From NCBI GenBank assembly GCA_965649205.1, contig CBFGJV010000001.1, positions 64,001 through 128,000 of the forward strand: 64,000 bases of DNA. Reading direction: 5' to 3'. This document shows positions 9,448 through 19,202 of this stretch, piece after piece (the first letter of the stretch is position 1; the number at the start of each line of letters is the position of its first letter). Origin of the DNA: a candidate division WOR-3 bacterium. GTDB lineage: Bacteria > Hydrothermota > Tepidihabitantia > Tepidihabitantales > Tepidihabitantaceae. Below the pieces are notes generated by a model that was given only the letters and a program-made list of their open reading frames with translations, was not told the DNA's origin and did no database searches. A program made the position numbers and the translations under genes.

Positions 9448-9960
9448 GTGCTTTTGTACTGGTTTGACTGGGCAGCATTAGCCATTGTTCTTGTCGTGGC
9501 AATTACGCAGACGGTACGCGGAATAAAAGCAGGAGGTATGGGGCTACCTTTGTTTGAGGCTGCAGGTCTGGTAGTTGCGGCCGTAGCCGCGACTAATCTG
9601 GCGGGCGGTATCAGTCAGTCCTTGCGTATAGCCAAACCCGTTGTGCTGATTGCCACTTTTGTCTTCTTGGCCATTTGGGCGTTCATACTGGGCCGGTGGC
9701 TTTTTACGCTTACCGGTTTTTCCTTTGAGTCCCTGGACGGTTTTTTCAGTTTTGTCTTCGGGGTAGTAGCTGGCTGGACCCTGGCGCATATGTTCTTGCG
9801 GGTGATATTGGAATTCCAAGGGCCCTCCGGTCCTGTGGCGGGAGTCCTGCCTAATGCGCTCATAGCCAGAGAAATATATCTGTTCCGTGGCTGGAATTGG
9901 CTGGTGCAACTTTTGTTCCGCGCCAGGCTTGCACCCGAGTTTGACCCGGACGTAGGCTAG
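9448..9960 (+). CDS. CvpA-like membrane protein
   Basis: About four TM helices; DWAALAIVL...G and SLDGFFSFVFGVVAG pattern. Confidence 0.6.
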   Translation: MLLYWFDWAALAIVLVVAITQTVRGIKAGGMGLPLFEAAGLVVAAVAATNLAGGISQSLRIAKPVVLIATFVFLAIWAFILGRWLFTLTGFSFESLDGFFSFVFGVVAGWTLAHMFLRVILEFQGPSGPVAGVLPNALIAREIYLFRGWNWLVQLLFRARLAPEFDPDVG

Positions 9961-10064
9961 AATCCTGGGTCCTGTTTGTAGCTTGACATCATAATTGTTT
10001 CGGGTGTAATCTATACGCGTGCATACCGGAAACAGACCCGACAGAGTAAGTAGGGGAGACCATC

Positions 10065-10634
10065 TTGAATCCGCCCAATAAGACAAGACGACCAGACCTG
10101 ACTGCGACGCGTTCTCCCTTGCGAGAGAAGCGCAGGAGTGCCGGAATCAGTCGTAACTTCATTCTGCTTCTTGCTCTGATTGTTGTGGTCGGGATTGCAG
10201 GAGTGGTAATTGCCACGAGCAGAAAACCGGGGCAGAGGGCAAAGCAGGGAACGAAGGCGGTCGGCGAGGCGGTGGAGGGAACCGTCGGGTCCAAGCGGGG
10301 GCAGCGACGACTTACGACTGCCAGGGCAGCGGGCGAACGGATCCGCAGACCAAAGGAAAAAAGAAAAAGAAGAGAGCGGAAAGAAAGGGTTTCTCGCAAA
10401 GGACGGAGGAAGGGTGGGGGAAGTATTGCCCGTACCCGGCGAGCTCTGCCTCGACAACTGCAGATGATAGTAACCGGGGTCGGTGGCGAGCGCCTGGCTG
10501 TTGTGGACAACAAACAGTACAAAACCGGGGACGAGGTGGAAGGTCGAAGACTCATGCAGGTGGGGCCTGACCAGGTAGTAGTAGAATACAAGGGCAAGAC
10601 GTACACCGTCCGTGTTGGTCAGCAGCTTTATTAA
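10065..10634 (+). CDS. Bitopic protein with basic linker and GspB/GspC/PilP-like C-terminal beta domain
   Basis: GGGGAG RBS; one TM; C-terminal LQMIV...LAVVDNKQYKTGDEVEG...VGPDQVVVEYKGKTYTV. Confidence 0.6.
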   Translation: MNPPNKTRRPDLTATRSPLREKRRSAGISRNFILLLALIVVVGIAGVVIATSRKPGQRAKQGTKAVGEAVEGTVGSKRGQRRLTTARAAGERIRRPKEKRKRRERKERVSRKGRRKGGGSIARTRRALPRQLQMIVTGVGGERLAVVDNKQYKTGDEVEGRRLMQVGPDQVVVEYKGKTYTVRVGQQLY

Positions 10635-10779
10635 TGTCCCCTGCTGGCAGAATTGCTCCTTCGTGAATAAAGAGACTTTTTCTTTTGTGCTGTCTGCAGC
10701 ATAGGAAGTACAGGCTTTGCATGGCCTCAAGCATCCCTTCCTGTCCGGTGCAGCGAAAAAGACAAAACGGAGGTTGGTT

Positions 10780-13700
10780 ATGAGAAACAGACTCCTTTTG
10801 TTGGTCGCAGGGCTGTCAGGTTTCGCCATGGCGCAGCAGGCATGGTTGTCAGTTGCAAATGACACAGGCCGGCCAAAGGTAAAGATCAAAGAACAAAGCG
10901 CCCTCAGAACCGTCTTTGAAGTCATAGTGCCGGGTGTGAATATAGAGCAGATAGAAGCTGAGGGCGAAACTTTTGTGCGTCTTTCGCTTCCAGGTGAAGT
11001 CATGGCGGTGCTGGAAGAGGGAAGGCCCCAAGTGCCAAAGGTGTCAGTGTTGTTGGGAATTCCCACAGGAGCGCGGGTTTCCACGGAGGTACTAAGCAAA
11101 AAGACCAGAACTTTTGCTGTCGGGACTGTCTATCCTCTGCAGCCTCCGCTAACTGACAAGCAGCAACAGGGTACTCTCGCCTATGACCGCCGATTCTATA
11201 CGCAGGATGTCTATTTCCCGGGTTATGACCACCGGCTGATAGAAACAGGCATCTGGCGTGACTTGGCCGTAGCCAATATTCAGGTCTATCCAGTCCAGGT
11301 GAATCCGGTTCGCGGCACTGTTGAAATAGCGTCACATATCCTCATAGAGGTCAACTACTCGGGTGGATTTTACCCCAAAAATGTTGCGGAATGGATGCTT
11401 CCACAATACGCCCGGTACGTGGACAATTTTGCCGAATTAGGCTTGCAGCCGATAGACACCTATACATCCGGGGTCCGCTATCTGGTCATAAGCCATGCGT
11501 CTTATGCCTCAGAATCGTATCTGCTGGACTCATTGCTGGGTTGGGTGAAAAAACGGGGATACGAAACCAGAGTGATAGCCAAAACTTCCTTTACTGCCCA
11601 GGAAATAAAAGATTCTATCCGGGCTGAATATCTGCGCAACAATCCCAAAGCCCTGCGCTGGGTGCTGCTAGTCGGCGAGTATGCGCAGATACCGCAGGGT
11701 TCTTATTCGGGGGTGACGCGGTCTGACTTCTGGTATTCAGACCTGGAGCCCTGGCCAGCCGGCGATAACTATCCGGAGATAGGTATATGCCGGCTTTCAC
11801 CCTCTTCTAATGCTGACCTGATCAATCAGATAAAAAAGATTCTTCAGTACCAGAAGAGCCCGCCCTCAACTGGCAACTGGTTGGACAAGATTGCCCTGCC
11901 AGCGCACAGAGAGCAATATCCTGGTAAGTACTCTGGGTGCACGCGCGGTATTTACTTTATGCCCAAGCCCTACTGGAACCCTTCCCTAGTGGAGACGATA
12001 ATGGGTCAATTCACGGGCAACGCCGCAGTCACCGCCGCCATAAACCAGGGTCGAAACATCGTGGCTTATCGGGGACACGGTGACTATACGGAATGGTCTT
12101 CTTGGGGAACCGAAGGTTCGTGGTACAATTCTCACGTTGATGCTCTGGCCAATGGCAGTATGACTCCGGTATTGTACAACGTCGCCTGCAACTGCGGCGA
12201 TATTTATCAGAGCGAATGTCTTTCCGAGAAGTGGATGCGCAAATTCCCGGGTGGAGCCGTAGCCAGTCTGGGCGCAACTCAGCCTTCTTACACACTTCCC
12301 AACCACGGCATCTGTTCCACTCTGGTACGAGCCACTTCTGATACCTGGACTATTGCCGGTGCGCGCAATTACGGGCCCACAGTATACAACCTCGCTGATA
12401 TTAAATGTTATGGCGTAGATGCCTATGTGGCGAAGTATTGGCCGAGCAGTCCTTATCCCTACAACATATGGATGTATCTGATGCTGGGAGACCCGGCAAT
12501 GCCGGTTTGGTGCGGCGGGATGCCCCAGATTGCTACTGTAGATGTCCCGGCCACGATACCCCTGGGTCCTTATGAGTTGTCTGTGAGCGTAAGCCTCGGC
12601 ACCAGGCCAGTTGAAGGTGCACTGGTCTGCGCCTGGAAAGAGCCCGATTTCTACGTATCGGGCCGGACCGATGCCACAGGTCAAGTTACGCTCCCCGTGA
12701 ACGCAGTTGATCCGGGCGAGGTGTTGGTTACTGTAAGCGAGGGACATGCGCAGAGGTCCGTACCGGGCGTAGTACACACGCCGATATTGCCTTATGAGAC
12801 TACGATTCGGGCCGGCGGTGCGCCCGTACCCAATCTGGTCTATGTATCCAGTCGCATTCTGGATGTGCCCCCCGGAGGGAACAACAACGGACGGCTCGAC
12901 CCCGGGGAAACCGCCAGACTGGAGATAACACTGCGCAATGCAGGCGGAGCAGACTGCTACAACACGCGGGGTATATTCCGTTCGACCGATGCCCGGCTTC
13001 AGGCAACTGACCCGCATGGAAGCTGGGGAAACATAATCCGTGGCGGAAGCGCGAGCAACACCGAGGACCCGTTCGAGGTCAGAGCCGACATTTCAATCCT
13101 GCCTGGAACTGTAATTCCGTGTACCCTATCGCTGACAGGAGATGGGGCATACTACGAGAAAAAGCTTGGTATCTCCTTGACAGTGGGTCAGCCGCCTAAT
13201 CCTCCTGGAAATCGGTTGTGGGGGCCGAAGACAGGTGCGGGTTTGCCGCAAACTGCGGGTCTGCAGGGCATTGCCTATAACCCGACTGACGACAACATCT
13301 ACTGCTGCCATTATCTCAGTCCCTACATCTACAAATACTCCTCGGATAGCATGCTGGTGAGTCGGGGAACTATTCCGGCTCCGGCGGATTCTTGTACTGA
13401 CCTAGCCTACTGCTCCTACGACAATACCTTCTGGGTACTGGCTAATGCCAAGAAGAGGATATACAAGATAACTCCTGACGGCACAGTATTGCGGTCGTTC
13501 TCCGTAGCTATTGCTTCCTATCCTACCGGGATTGCAGAAGAAGAGAATTCTCACGTACTCTATCTGATTGACCGCAGATTGAACAGAGAAGCTCCGGCTT
13601 ACATATATATGCTGGACACTCTGGGGAATGTGCTGGGGGCTCTGGACCATCCTCTTGCGGGCAACCTGGGACCGCGCGGCCTGGCTCTTGACGCTGGCAA

Positions 13701-14241
13701 CCCGGTACTGCCTCCTTCCCTTGTAAATATATACACCTGGTATGATTCAACCGGCACCAGACTGGACAGCGCAGGTATGTGCGAATTAGAGCGTGGTTCG
13801 GGTACGCTCCTGCGCAGGTTCAAGTTTTCCGACCCGGCCTGGCATGCTCAGGGTATCGAATACGACCCGCGCGATGGCAGTTACTGGGTAACTCTGATGC
13901 ATAACGGCACTGTCCGAGATCAAATAGTTAAGGTATCCGGATTCAACCTACCGGTGGGCACGAAAGAGTACAATTCCGTGTCCGGAGCTGTCCCGCGCCT
14001 GCTGGAGGTGAAGCCCAATCCGTTCAGCTACTCAGTAACACTGCACTCCAATGTACCTGGCGGTATGGAGCTGTTTGTCTACGACGCGAGCGGCAGGCAG
14101 GTGGATCTGATTACTCTTCAGACCGACGCTGGCAAAGGCCATTTTGTCTGGCAGCCGAGACATTTGGTTCCCGGGATTTACTTTCTCAGGGCCAGGGGTC
14201 AGGACGCAGAATCAGTTGTCAGAGTGGTTATTCTGAAATAG
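10780..14241 (+). CDS. Secreted C25 (gingipain-like) cysteine peptidase with propeptide, Ig-like domains, beta-propeller and T9SS-like CTD
   Basis: GGAGG RBS; signal peptide; VLLVGE, YRGHG (His), NVACNCG (Cys), LGDPAM; CTD PNPF...YDASGR...GIYF. Confidence 0.9.
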   Translation: MRNRLLLLVAGLSGFAMAQQAWLSVANDTGRPKVKIKEQSALRTVFEVIVPGVNIEQIEAEGETFVRLSLPGEVMAVLEEGRPQVPKVSVLLGIPTGARVSTEVLSKKTRTFAVGTVYPLQPPLTDKQQQGTLAYDRRFYTQDVYFPGYDHRLIETGIWRDLAVANIQVYPVQVNPVRGTVEIASHILIEVNYSGGFYPKNVAEWMLPQYARYVDNFAELGLQPIDTYTSGVRYLVISHASYASESYLLDSLLGWVKKRGYETRVIAKTSFTAQEIKDSIRAEYLRNNPKALRWVLLVGEYAQIPQGSYSGVTRSDFWYSDLEPWPAGDNYPEIGICRLSPSSNADLINQIKKILQYQKSPPSTGNWLDKIALPAHREQYPGKYSGCTRGIYFMPKPYWNPSLVETIMGQFTGNAAVTAAINQGRNIVAYRGHGDYTEWSSWGTEGSWYNSHVDALANGSMTPVLYNVACNCGDIYQSECLSEKWMRKFPGGAVASLGATQPSYTLPNHGICSTLVRATSDTWTIAGARNYGPTVYNLADIKCYGVDAYVAKYWPSSPYPYNIWMYLMLGDPAMPVWCGGMPQIATVDVPATIPLGPYELSVSVSLGTRPVEGALVCAWKEPDFYVSGRTDATGQVTLPVNAVDPGEVLVTVSEGHAQRSVPGVVHTPILPYETTIRAGGAPVPNLVYVSSRILDVPPGGNNNGRLDPGETARLEITLRNAGGADCYNTRGIFRSTDARLQATDPHGSWGNIIRGGSASNTEDPFEVRADISILPGTVIPCTLSLTGDGAYYEKKLGISLTVGQPPNPPGNRLWGPKTGAGLPQTAGLQGIAYNPTDDNIYCCHYLSPYIYKYSSDSMLVSRGTIPAPADSCTDLAYCSYDNTFWVLANAKKRIYKITPDGTVLRSFSVAIASYPTGIAEEENSHVLYLIDRRLNREAPAYIYMLDTLGNVLGALDHPLAGNLGPRGLALDAGNPVLPPSLVNIYTWYDSTGTRLDSAGMCELERGSGTLLRRFKFSDPAWHAQGIEYDPRDGSYWVTLMHNGTVRDQIVKVSGFNLPVGTKEYNSVSGAVPRLLEVKPNPFSYSVTLHSNVPGGMELFVYDASGRQVDLITLQTDAGKGHFVWQPRHLVPGIYFLRARGQDAESVVRVVILK

Positions 14242-14289
14242 CCAGTCGCGGCGATCTCGGCACTAGGTTCCTCAACATTGCTGACGGTT

Positions 14290-15447
14290 CTACAGTGCAA
14301 GAGCCAGCCCCACCGCGGCAGACAGGCCTAAAAGACCGCCGAGCAGAAAAGGAGCAGCCGGACCCAGTATCTTCCATAGAGCCCCGGCGAGAAGCGAAGC
14401 CGGCAGCAGGCCGATACCTACAAGTGTGGCATGCAGACCGATAAAGGTAGCGCGGAGGGGTTCTGGTGCAAGGTCGGCCACCAGAGCTTTTTCCTGACCT
14501 TCGGTCAGAGCGCTGAAAACCCCGTACAGCGCAAAAAGAGGCCAGACAAGCCAGGACCGGTTTGGAGGACCAAGCAAGGCAAAGCCAAGGTAAACCAGAC
14601 CATACAGAGCGTAGCCAGCTACCAGCAGTCGTTTGCGACTGTTGGTAGCGTCCGCAATCTTGCCGGCCGGCCAGGAGAGCAGTCCATAAACTAGGTTGTA
14701 AACGAGGTAGGCTAAGAGCGTCGTAGCCACGGAGAAGCCGATAGTTCTGATGCGCAGAATCAAGAACTGATTGGAAGAGTTGCCCAACGCAAAAAGACCG
14801 GTCAGCACGAGAAAGTTACGCAGCTTCTTAGGCATTTTCCTCGGACCTGGCAGTGTTAGTTCACGCATGGTCTGATGGCGAAAAGTCTCACGTACAAAAA
14901 AGAGCATAATGACCCCGAGTACCTGTGGAATCAGGGCGATGAGGAATATGGGAGCGAAATCGGCCCGGCCGGGAGTTGCGGGAAACCGCTGGACGAGCAG
15001 AATGGCTACGGTTACTCCTACAGCCGCGCCCAGAGTGTCCATGGCTCTGTGCAGACCGAACGCTCCGCTGCGTCGGCCCGGAGGAATGGAGTCGGCGATG
15101 AGAGCGTCGCGGGGAGCGTTGCGAATGCCCTTGCCTATCCGGTCAGCAAGTCGGCCGGCAAACACCAGCCCCCAGCCGCGGGCCAGATAGAACAAAAGCT
15201 TCCCAAGAGTTGAGCCGGCATAACCGATAATGGCAAGAGGCTTGCGCCGCCCCATCCGGTCAGAAATGCGTCCGGAAAAGACTTTGAGTAAAGACGCGGT
15301 ACTCTCACTCAGACCCTCAATAAGTCCGAGTGCGGTCCACGGACTGGCCGTGAGTGTGGTGAGAAAAATCGGCAACAGAGGATAGACCATTTCGGTGGAA
15401 AGGTCGGTGAGGAAACTGGCAAGACCCGTAATTATGACGTTGAACAC
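14290..15447 (-). CDS. MFS transporter
   Basis: About 12 TM; GRISDRMGRRK motif A; DRIGKGIRNAPRDALIAD. Confidence 0.92.
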   Translation of the reverse strand: MFNVIITGLASFLTDLSTEMVYPLLPIFLTTLTASPWTALGLIEGLSESTASLLKVFSGRISDRMGRRKPLAIIGYAGSTLGKLLFYLARGWGLVFAGRLADRIGKGIRNAPRDALIADSIPPGRRSGAFGLHRAMDTLGAAVGVTVAILLVQRFPATPGRADFAPIFLIALIPQVLGVIMLFFVRETFRHQTMRELTLPGPRKMPKKLRNFLVLTGLFALGNSSNQFLILRIRTIGFSVATTLLAYLVYNLVYGLLSWPAGKIADATNSRKRLLVAGYALYGLVYLGFALLGPPNRSWLVWPLFALYGVFSALTEGQEKALVADLAPEPLRATFIGLHATLVGIGLLPASLLAGALWKILGPAAPFLLGGLLGLSAAVGLALAL

Positions 15448-15459
15448 TATCCGTCCCGC

Positions 15460-17175
15460 TCAAGTGCGAAACGGTCGCACCCAGAGAATCAGCGTCTCCA
15501 CAATCATCCAGAGCTCAAGGACAAGACAGACGGCGCTGACGAAGAAGAGCAACCAGTTGCCTATACTGGCGTATTGCAGCAGTCCGCGTGCCAGCGCCCA
15601 GCTGGTCATGGTTAGCATAAAAAGGGCCGGCAAGAGTGTTAGCCAGTAGAACCTGCTTCGTGACCTCAGCCAGGCGGTAACAACCAGGAGTGCTAGCCCG
15701 GCCAGTAACTGATTCAGCGCACCGAATACCGGCCAGAGCGCAAGCGCACCAGCACCGTTTGTGCCGCTGGCAAAAGCTAGGGCTCCCGCGCTTCCTACGG
15801 CTATCGTGGTAGCGACCCAGGGGTTACTGAGAGCGGGTAGACGTACGGTGCGAGCCAGTTCTGAAACCACATAACGCTGAAGGCGAGTTGCGGTGTCGAG
15901 TGTTGTGGCGGCGAAACTGACCACTAGAACTCCCATTATTGCCACGGCTGCCCCCAGAGGAATGCCATAGCTTGAAAGCAAATTGGCGGCACCGGTGACA
16001 AATGCATCCAAGTTGGCGTTCATGCCCGATGCGGTGCCCCAACTGGCATAGTGGTGAGTCCAGGCGGCCACTCCTGTAAGCAGCGACCCGTCGGTGGCGC
16101 GATAGGACATACCGATGCCGGCACAGCAGGCGATGATAACCAGAACCGCCAACGCCGATTCCACGAGCATGGAGCCGTATCCTACGAAAAGGGCGTCCGG
16201 TTCACGCGCCACCTGCTTGGAAGAGGTGCCAGATGAAACGAGGGCGTGGAACCCGGAAATGGCGCCACAGGCGATGGTTATGAAGAGAATCGGCCAGACT
16301 GGTGGAGCTCCGGGCACGGCCGAACGAAAGGCAGGTGCTACCAGAGGAACTCGGCCGGAAACTCCGGCAACCAGGACTCCTAGGGTCATTAGAACAAGCG
16401 CTATACCCAGTTCCCAAGCATTGATATAGTCGCGGGGCTGCAGTAGGGTAGTCACCGGCAAAACCGAAGCCGCAAAGGCGTATATTAGCAGAATGATAGT
16501 CCAGACACCAGTAGCGGGAATGCCAAGTACTGGGGGCATAAGCAGGGGAAAACGCCAGCCGATTAGGATTGTCAGATACATAAGAATCACTGCGGCAATG
16601 TCGAAAAGCAGCAAACGATTAGCCAAACCGCGGCGATATACCAACCAGCCCAGAGTGACAGCAATAGGTATTTCTGACCAGACGGGAATGACTGCAGCGG
16701 GAAAGCGGTTGAAGATAAGAGCCATTACCAGACCGAATATGGCGATAACGACCCACAGAATAAGCATAACGATGAGGAAGAAAATGATTCGTACGCGGGG
16801 GCCAATAAGCTCCCCGGTAATGTCGGCGATGGAACGTCCCTGATTGCGCATGGAGACCACTAGTGCGCCGAAGTCGTGGACGCCACCCATCAGAATGGAG
16901 CCGAAGAACACCCAGATGAAGGCCGGAACCCAGCCCCAGATGACACCGATCGCCGGACCTACGATAGGGCCGGTACCGGCGATAGAGGTAAAATGGTGGC
17001 CAAAGATGATAATGCGTTTTGTCGGTACGTAGTCGCGGTTGTCGCGGAGCTCACTCGCGGGAACTTTCCTCGTCGGATCCAGCTTGAAAACGCGCCTGGC
17101 CAGAAAACGGCCATAAGTATTGTAGGCAAGAAGGTAGCCGGCGAATGTAGCGAGCATCAACAGGACCGTGGTCAT
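15460..17175 (-). CDS. cstA: Carbon starvation protein A (peptide/pyruvate transporter)
   Basis: DYVPT...FGHHFTSIAGTGPIVGP, LLQPRDYIN, FITIACGAISGFH, TTLDTATRLQRY. Confidence 0.95.
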   Translation of the reverse strand: MTTVLLMLATFAGYLLAYNTYGRFLARRVFKLDPTRKVPASELRDNRDYVPTKRIIIFGHHFTSIAGTGPIVGPAIGVIWGWVPAFIWVFFGSILMGGVHDFGALVVSMRNQGRSIADITGELIGPRVRIIFFLIVMLILWVVIAIFGLVMALIFNRFPAAVIPVWSEIPIAVTLGWLVYRRGLANRLLLFDIAAVILMYLTILIGWRFPLLMPPVLGIPATGVWTIILLIYAFAASVLPVTTLLQPRDYINAWELGIALVLMTLGVLVAGVSGRVPLVAPAFRSAVPGAPPVWPILFITIACGAISGFHALVSSGTSSKQVAREPDALFVGYGSMLVESALAVLVIIACCAGIGMSYRATDGSLLTGVAAWTHHYASWGTASGMNANLDAFVTGAANLLSSYGIPLGAAVAIMGVLVVSFAATTLDTATRLQRYVVSELARTVRLPALSNPWVATTIAVGSAGALAFASGTNGAGALALWPVFGALNQLLAGLALLVVTAWLRSRSRFYWLTLLPALFMLTMTSWALARGLLQYASIGNWLLFFVSAVCLVLELWMIVETLILWVRPFRT

Positions 17176-17470
17176 GAGTGCTGAAGTATAAGGAGCGTCT
17201 GTTCGCGGTCAAGAAACAAGACAAGGCACTGCCCTCAGGGTAGCGACAGTGACTGTCTGAGACCTTATTTCGTAGCTACCCAAGTTGGCCGGATTCTTTC
17301 TTGCCCGATCATCGTCGCCTGAGACCGCGCCATGTCCTTATGCCACAGAACAGGACACTACTAGATGCTTCCAATACAGACCTGCTGGGGAAGCTGGTGA
17401 GGGGGAGAAGGACATTTTCGGGTATCTCATTGATTGGCCTGATGTTAACAGCGATAACCGCATACCGGCA

Positions 17471-17492
17471 CGTAATACTCATGAGTATTACG
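17471..17492. promoter_or_regulatory. Perfect 22-bp palindrome (copy 1), candidate protein-binding site
   Basis: CGTAATACTCATGAGTATTACG, ending 6 bp before TTGCTT-N16-TAGAAT (17499-17526). Confidence 0.7.
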
Positions 17493-17535
17493 ACGGGCTT
17501 GCTTCCAGGTAGCGGTTTTCTAGAATTGTGTTAGT

Positions 17536-18132
17536 ATGGCGAAGGCGCGCGTCCGCATCTGGAGCGTCAGTTTCGGGTGGAAGCTGATAGTTATTCTTCT
17601 TGCCGCATCTTTGACCCAACAGGCCCGGGCCTGGACCTGCGGCAGCATCGTTGACGCCAGGTTGTTCTTTTCTGGCTATCGTTCTTTCACAGCTCTCAGA
17701 TACGGTTTTGGCGCAAAACCGCCGTGGGGGCTGGGAATTGGCGCTGCCTGGTATGAGTGTTTTGGCAACTACGGGCCTCCCTGGCAGATGCAGAATATTC
17801 CTCTTGTCAGCTCCTGGCTGAGATATGTTGGCTGCGTCCTGCCTCATGCCGGAGACGATGTGTCCGGCAATCTGCCTCTTACGCTGTATTATGTGCCCTT
17901 TGTAAGGAAAAACAGCAGAGGAATGGCGCAACTTGTAACTTATGCGTCGCTTACAGCCAACTATTGGTTGGCTGAGCCGGCTTACGCATATGCGAGTCTG
18001 GGCGCAGGCACAGAGCTAATCAGTTTGGAACTCGGCTGGTTGCGAACAGAATGGAAGGCGGAAGAAAATACGAAGCAGCAGATACAGTTCCGCGCGGGGT
18101 TGCATATAGGTGTAGGCTGGGTCTTCAGATGA
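17536..18132 (+). CDS. Hypothetical exported protein, possibly a small outer-membrane beta-barrel
   Basis: Signal peptide (QARA-W); amphipathic Gly/aromatic strands; ends AGLHIGVGWVFR. Confidence 0.55.
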   Translation: MAKARVRIWSVSFGWKLIVILLAASLTQQARAWTCGSIVDARLFFSGYRSFTALRYGFGAKPPWGLGIGAAWYECFGNYGPPWQMQNIPLVSSWLRYVGCVLPHAGDDVSGNLPLTLYYVPFVRKNSRGMAQLVTYASLTANYWLAEPAYAYASLGAGTELISLELGWLRTEWKAEENTKQQIQFRAGLHIGVGWVFR

Positions 18133-18151
18133 GTTTTTCGTGTTGTAACGG

Positions 18152-19138
18152 ATGAAGTACAGAGCCAGATTCTGGAAACCGGAAGGGACAATGGTCCGCT
18201 GCGAGCTATGCCCGAACTTCTGTCTGATTGCCGAAGGTAAGCGCGGCCGTTGCCTCGGACGAATGAATGTCGGTGGCGAACTCTGGGCCGTAAACTACGG
18301 TGAGACTGTTGCCCTGCATATGGACCCCATAGAAAAGAAACCTCTGTACCATTTCCTGCCCGGTTCGGTTGTTCTTTCTGTGGCAACCTATGGCTGCAAT
18401 CTTCTTTGTCCATTCTGTCAGAACTGGGAGATATCCCAAAAGATAGCGCCTGCGAACTACATGGCACCAGAGGAACTCGTGGAAGCAGCGCTGGAGAACC
18501 GTTCTCCGGCTGTAGCCTTCACCTACACCGAGCCTTTGATATGGTTTGAGTACCTGATGGATGTCTGTCCCCTGTTACACCGGGCCGGCGTGAAGAATGT
18601 GCTGGTTACCAACGGTATGATAAACCCTGCTCCGCTAGATGAACTGCTGCCTCACATTGACGCTATGAATGTGGACCTCAAATCGATTCGACCCGAGTTC
18701 TACGCAACTTATGTCAAAGGGTCGCTTGCCGCGGTGCAGAATACCCTGCGTCGGGCGGCTAGACGGTGCCATTTGGAGATAACAAATCTGCTCATACCTG
18801 GTCGCAACGACACGGAAGCAGAACTTGCCGAACTGGTGGCGTTTGTAGAGAGCCTGGGCCGTACGGTTCCCCTGCATTTTTCCCGCTACTTTCCCAGACA
18901 CAAGTCGAATGAGCCGGCTACGCCTGAGAGCACCTTGTTGGCGGCGGCCGAACTGGCCAGAAGCAGACTGTACTATGTCTATCTGGGAAATGTGTCTACG
19001 CCAGCCCGCTTTCGTGATACCTTCTGTCCAAGCTGTGGTAATCTCCTTGTCGAACGCAGCCATTATCGGGGCAGTGTGAAGGGCATAGAGGGGGGCAAAT
19101 GTACTGTCTGCGACAGACCTGCCGATGTCGTGCTCTGA
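18152..19138 (+). CDS. amrS: AmmeMemoRadiSam system radical SAM enzyme
   Basis: CELCPNFC...DPIEKKPLYHFLPG...GCNLLCPFCQNWEISQ; YTEP; YVYLGN; CPSCG. Confidence 0.93.
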   Translation: MKYRARFWKPEGTMVRCELCPNFCLIAEGKRGRCLGRMNVGGELWAVNYGETVALHMDPIEKKPLYHFLPGSVVLSVATYGCNLLCPFCQNWEISQKIAPANYMAPEELVEAALENRSPAVAFTYTEPLIWFEYLMDVCPLLHRAGVKNVLVTNGMINPAPLDELLPHIDAMNVDLKSIRPEFYATYVKGSLAAVQNTLRRAARRCHLEITNLLIPGRNDTEAELAELVAFVESLGRTVPLHFSRYFPRHKSNEPATPESTLLAAAELARSRLYYVYLGNVSTPARFRDTFCPSCGNLLVERSHYRGSVKGIEGGKCTVCDRPADVVL

Positions 19139-19202
19139 GAGAATATATCTGCGTAAGATTGGCTTGATTAGCACGAAAGCCATGTTATTATAGCGGCGCG
19201 AT

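Noticed and set aside
10011..13017. Long antisense ORFs (362 aa, 343 aa) and many other shadow ORFs
   Set aside because: Opposite well-supported genes and without recognisable motifs.
17233..17330. TPP-riboswitch-like GGGTAGC...CTGAGA...ACCC near cstA
   Set aside because: The 3' half (GAACCTGA...TAAT...CGNAGG) is missing and the orientation is opposite to cstA.
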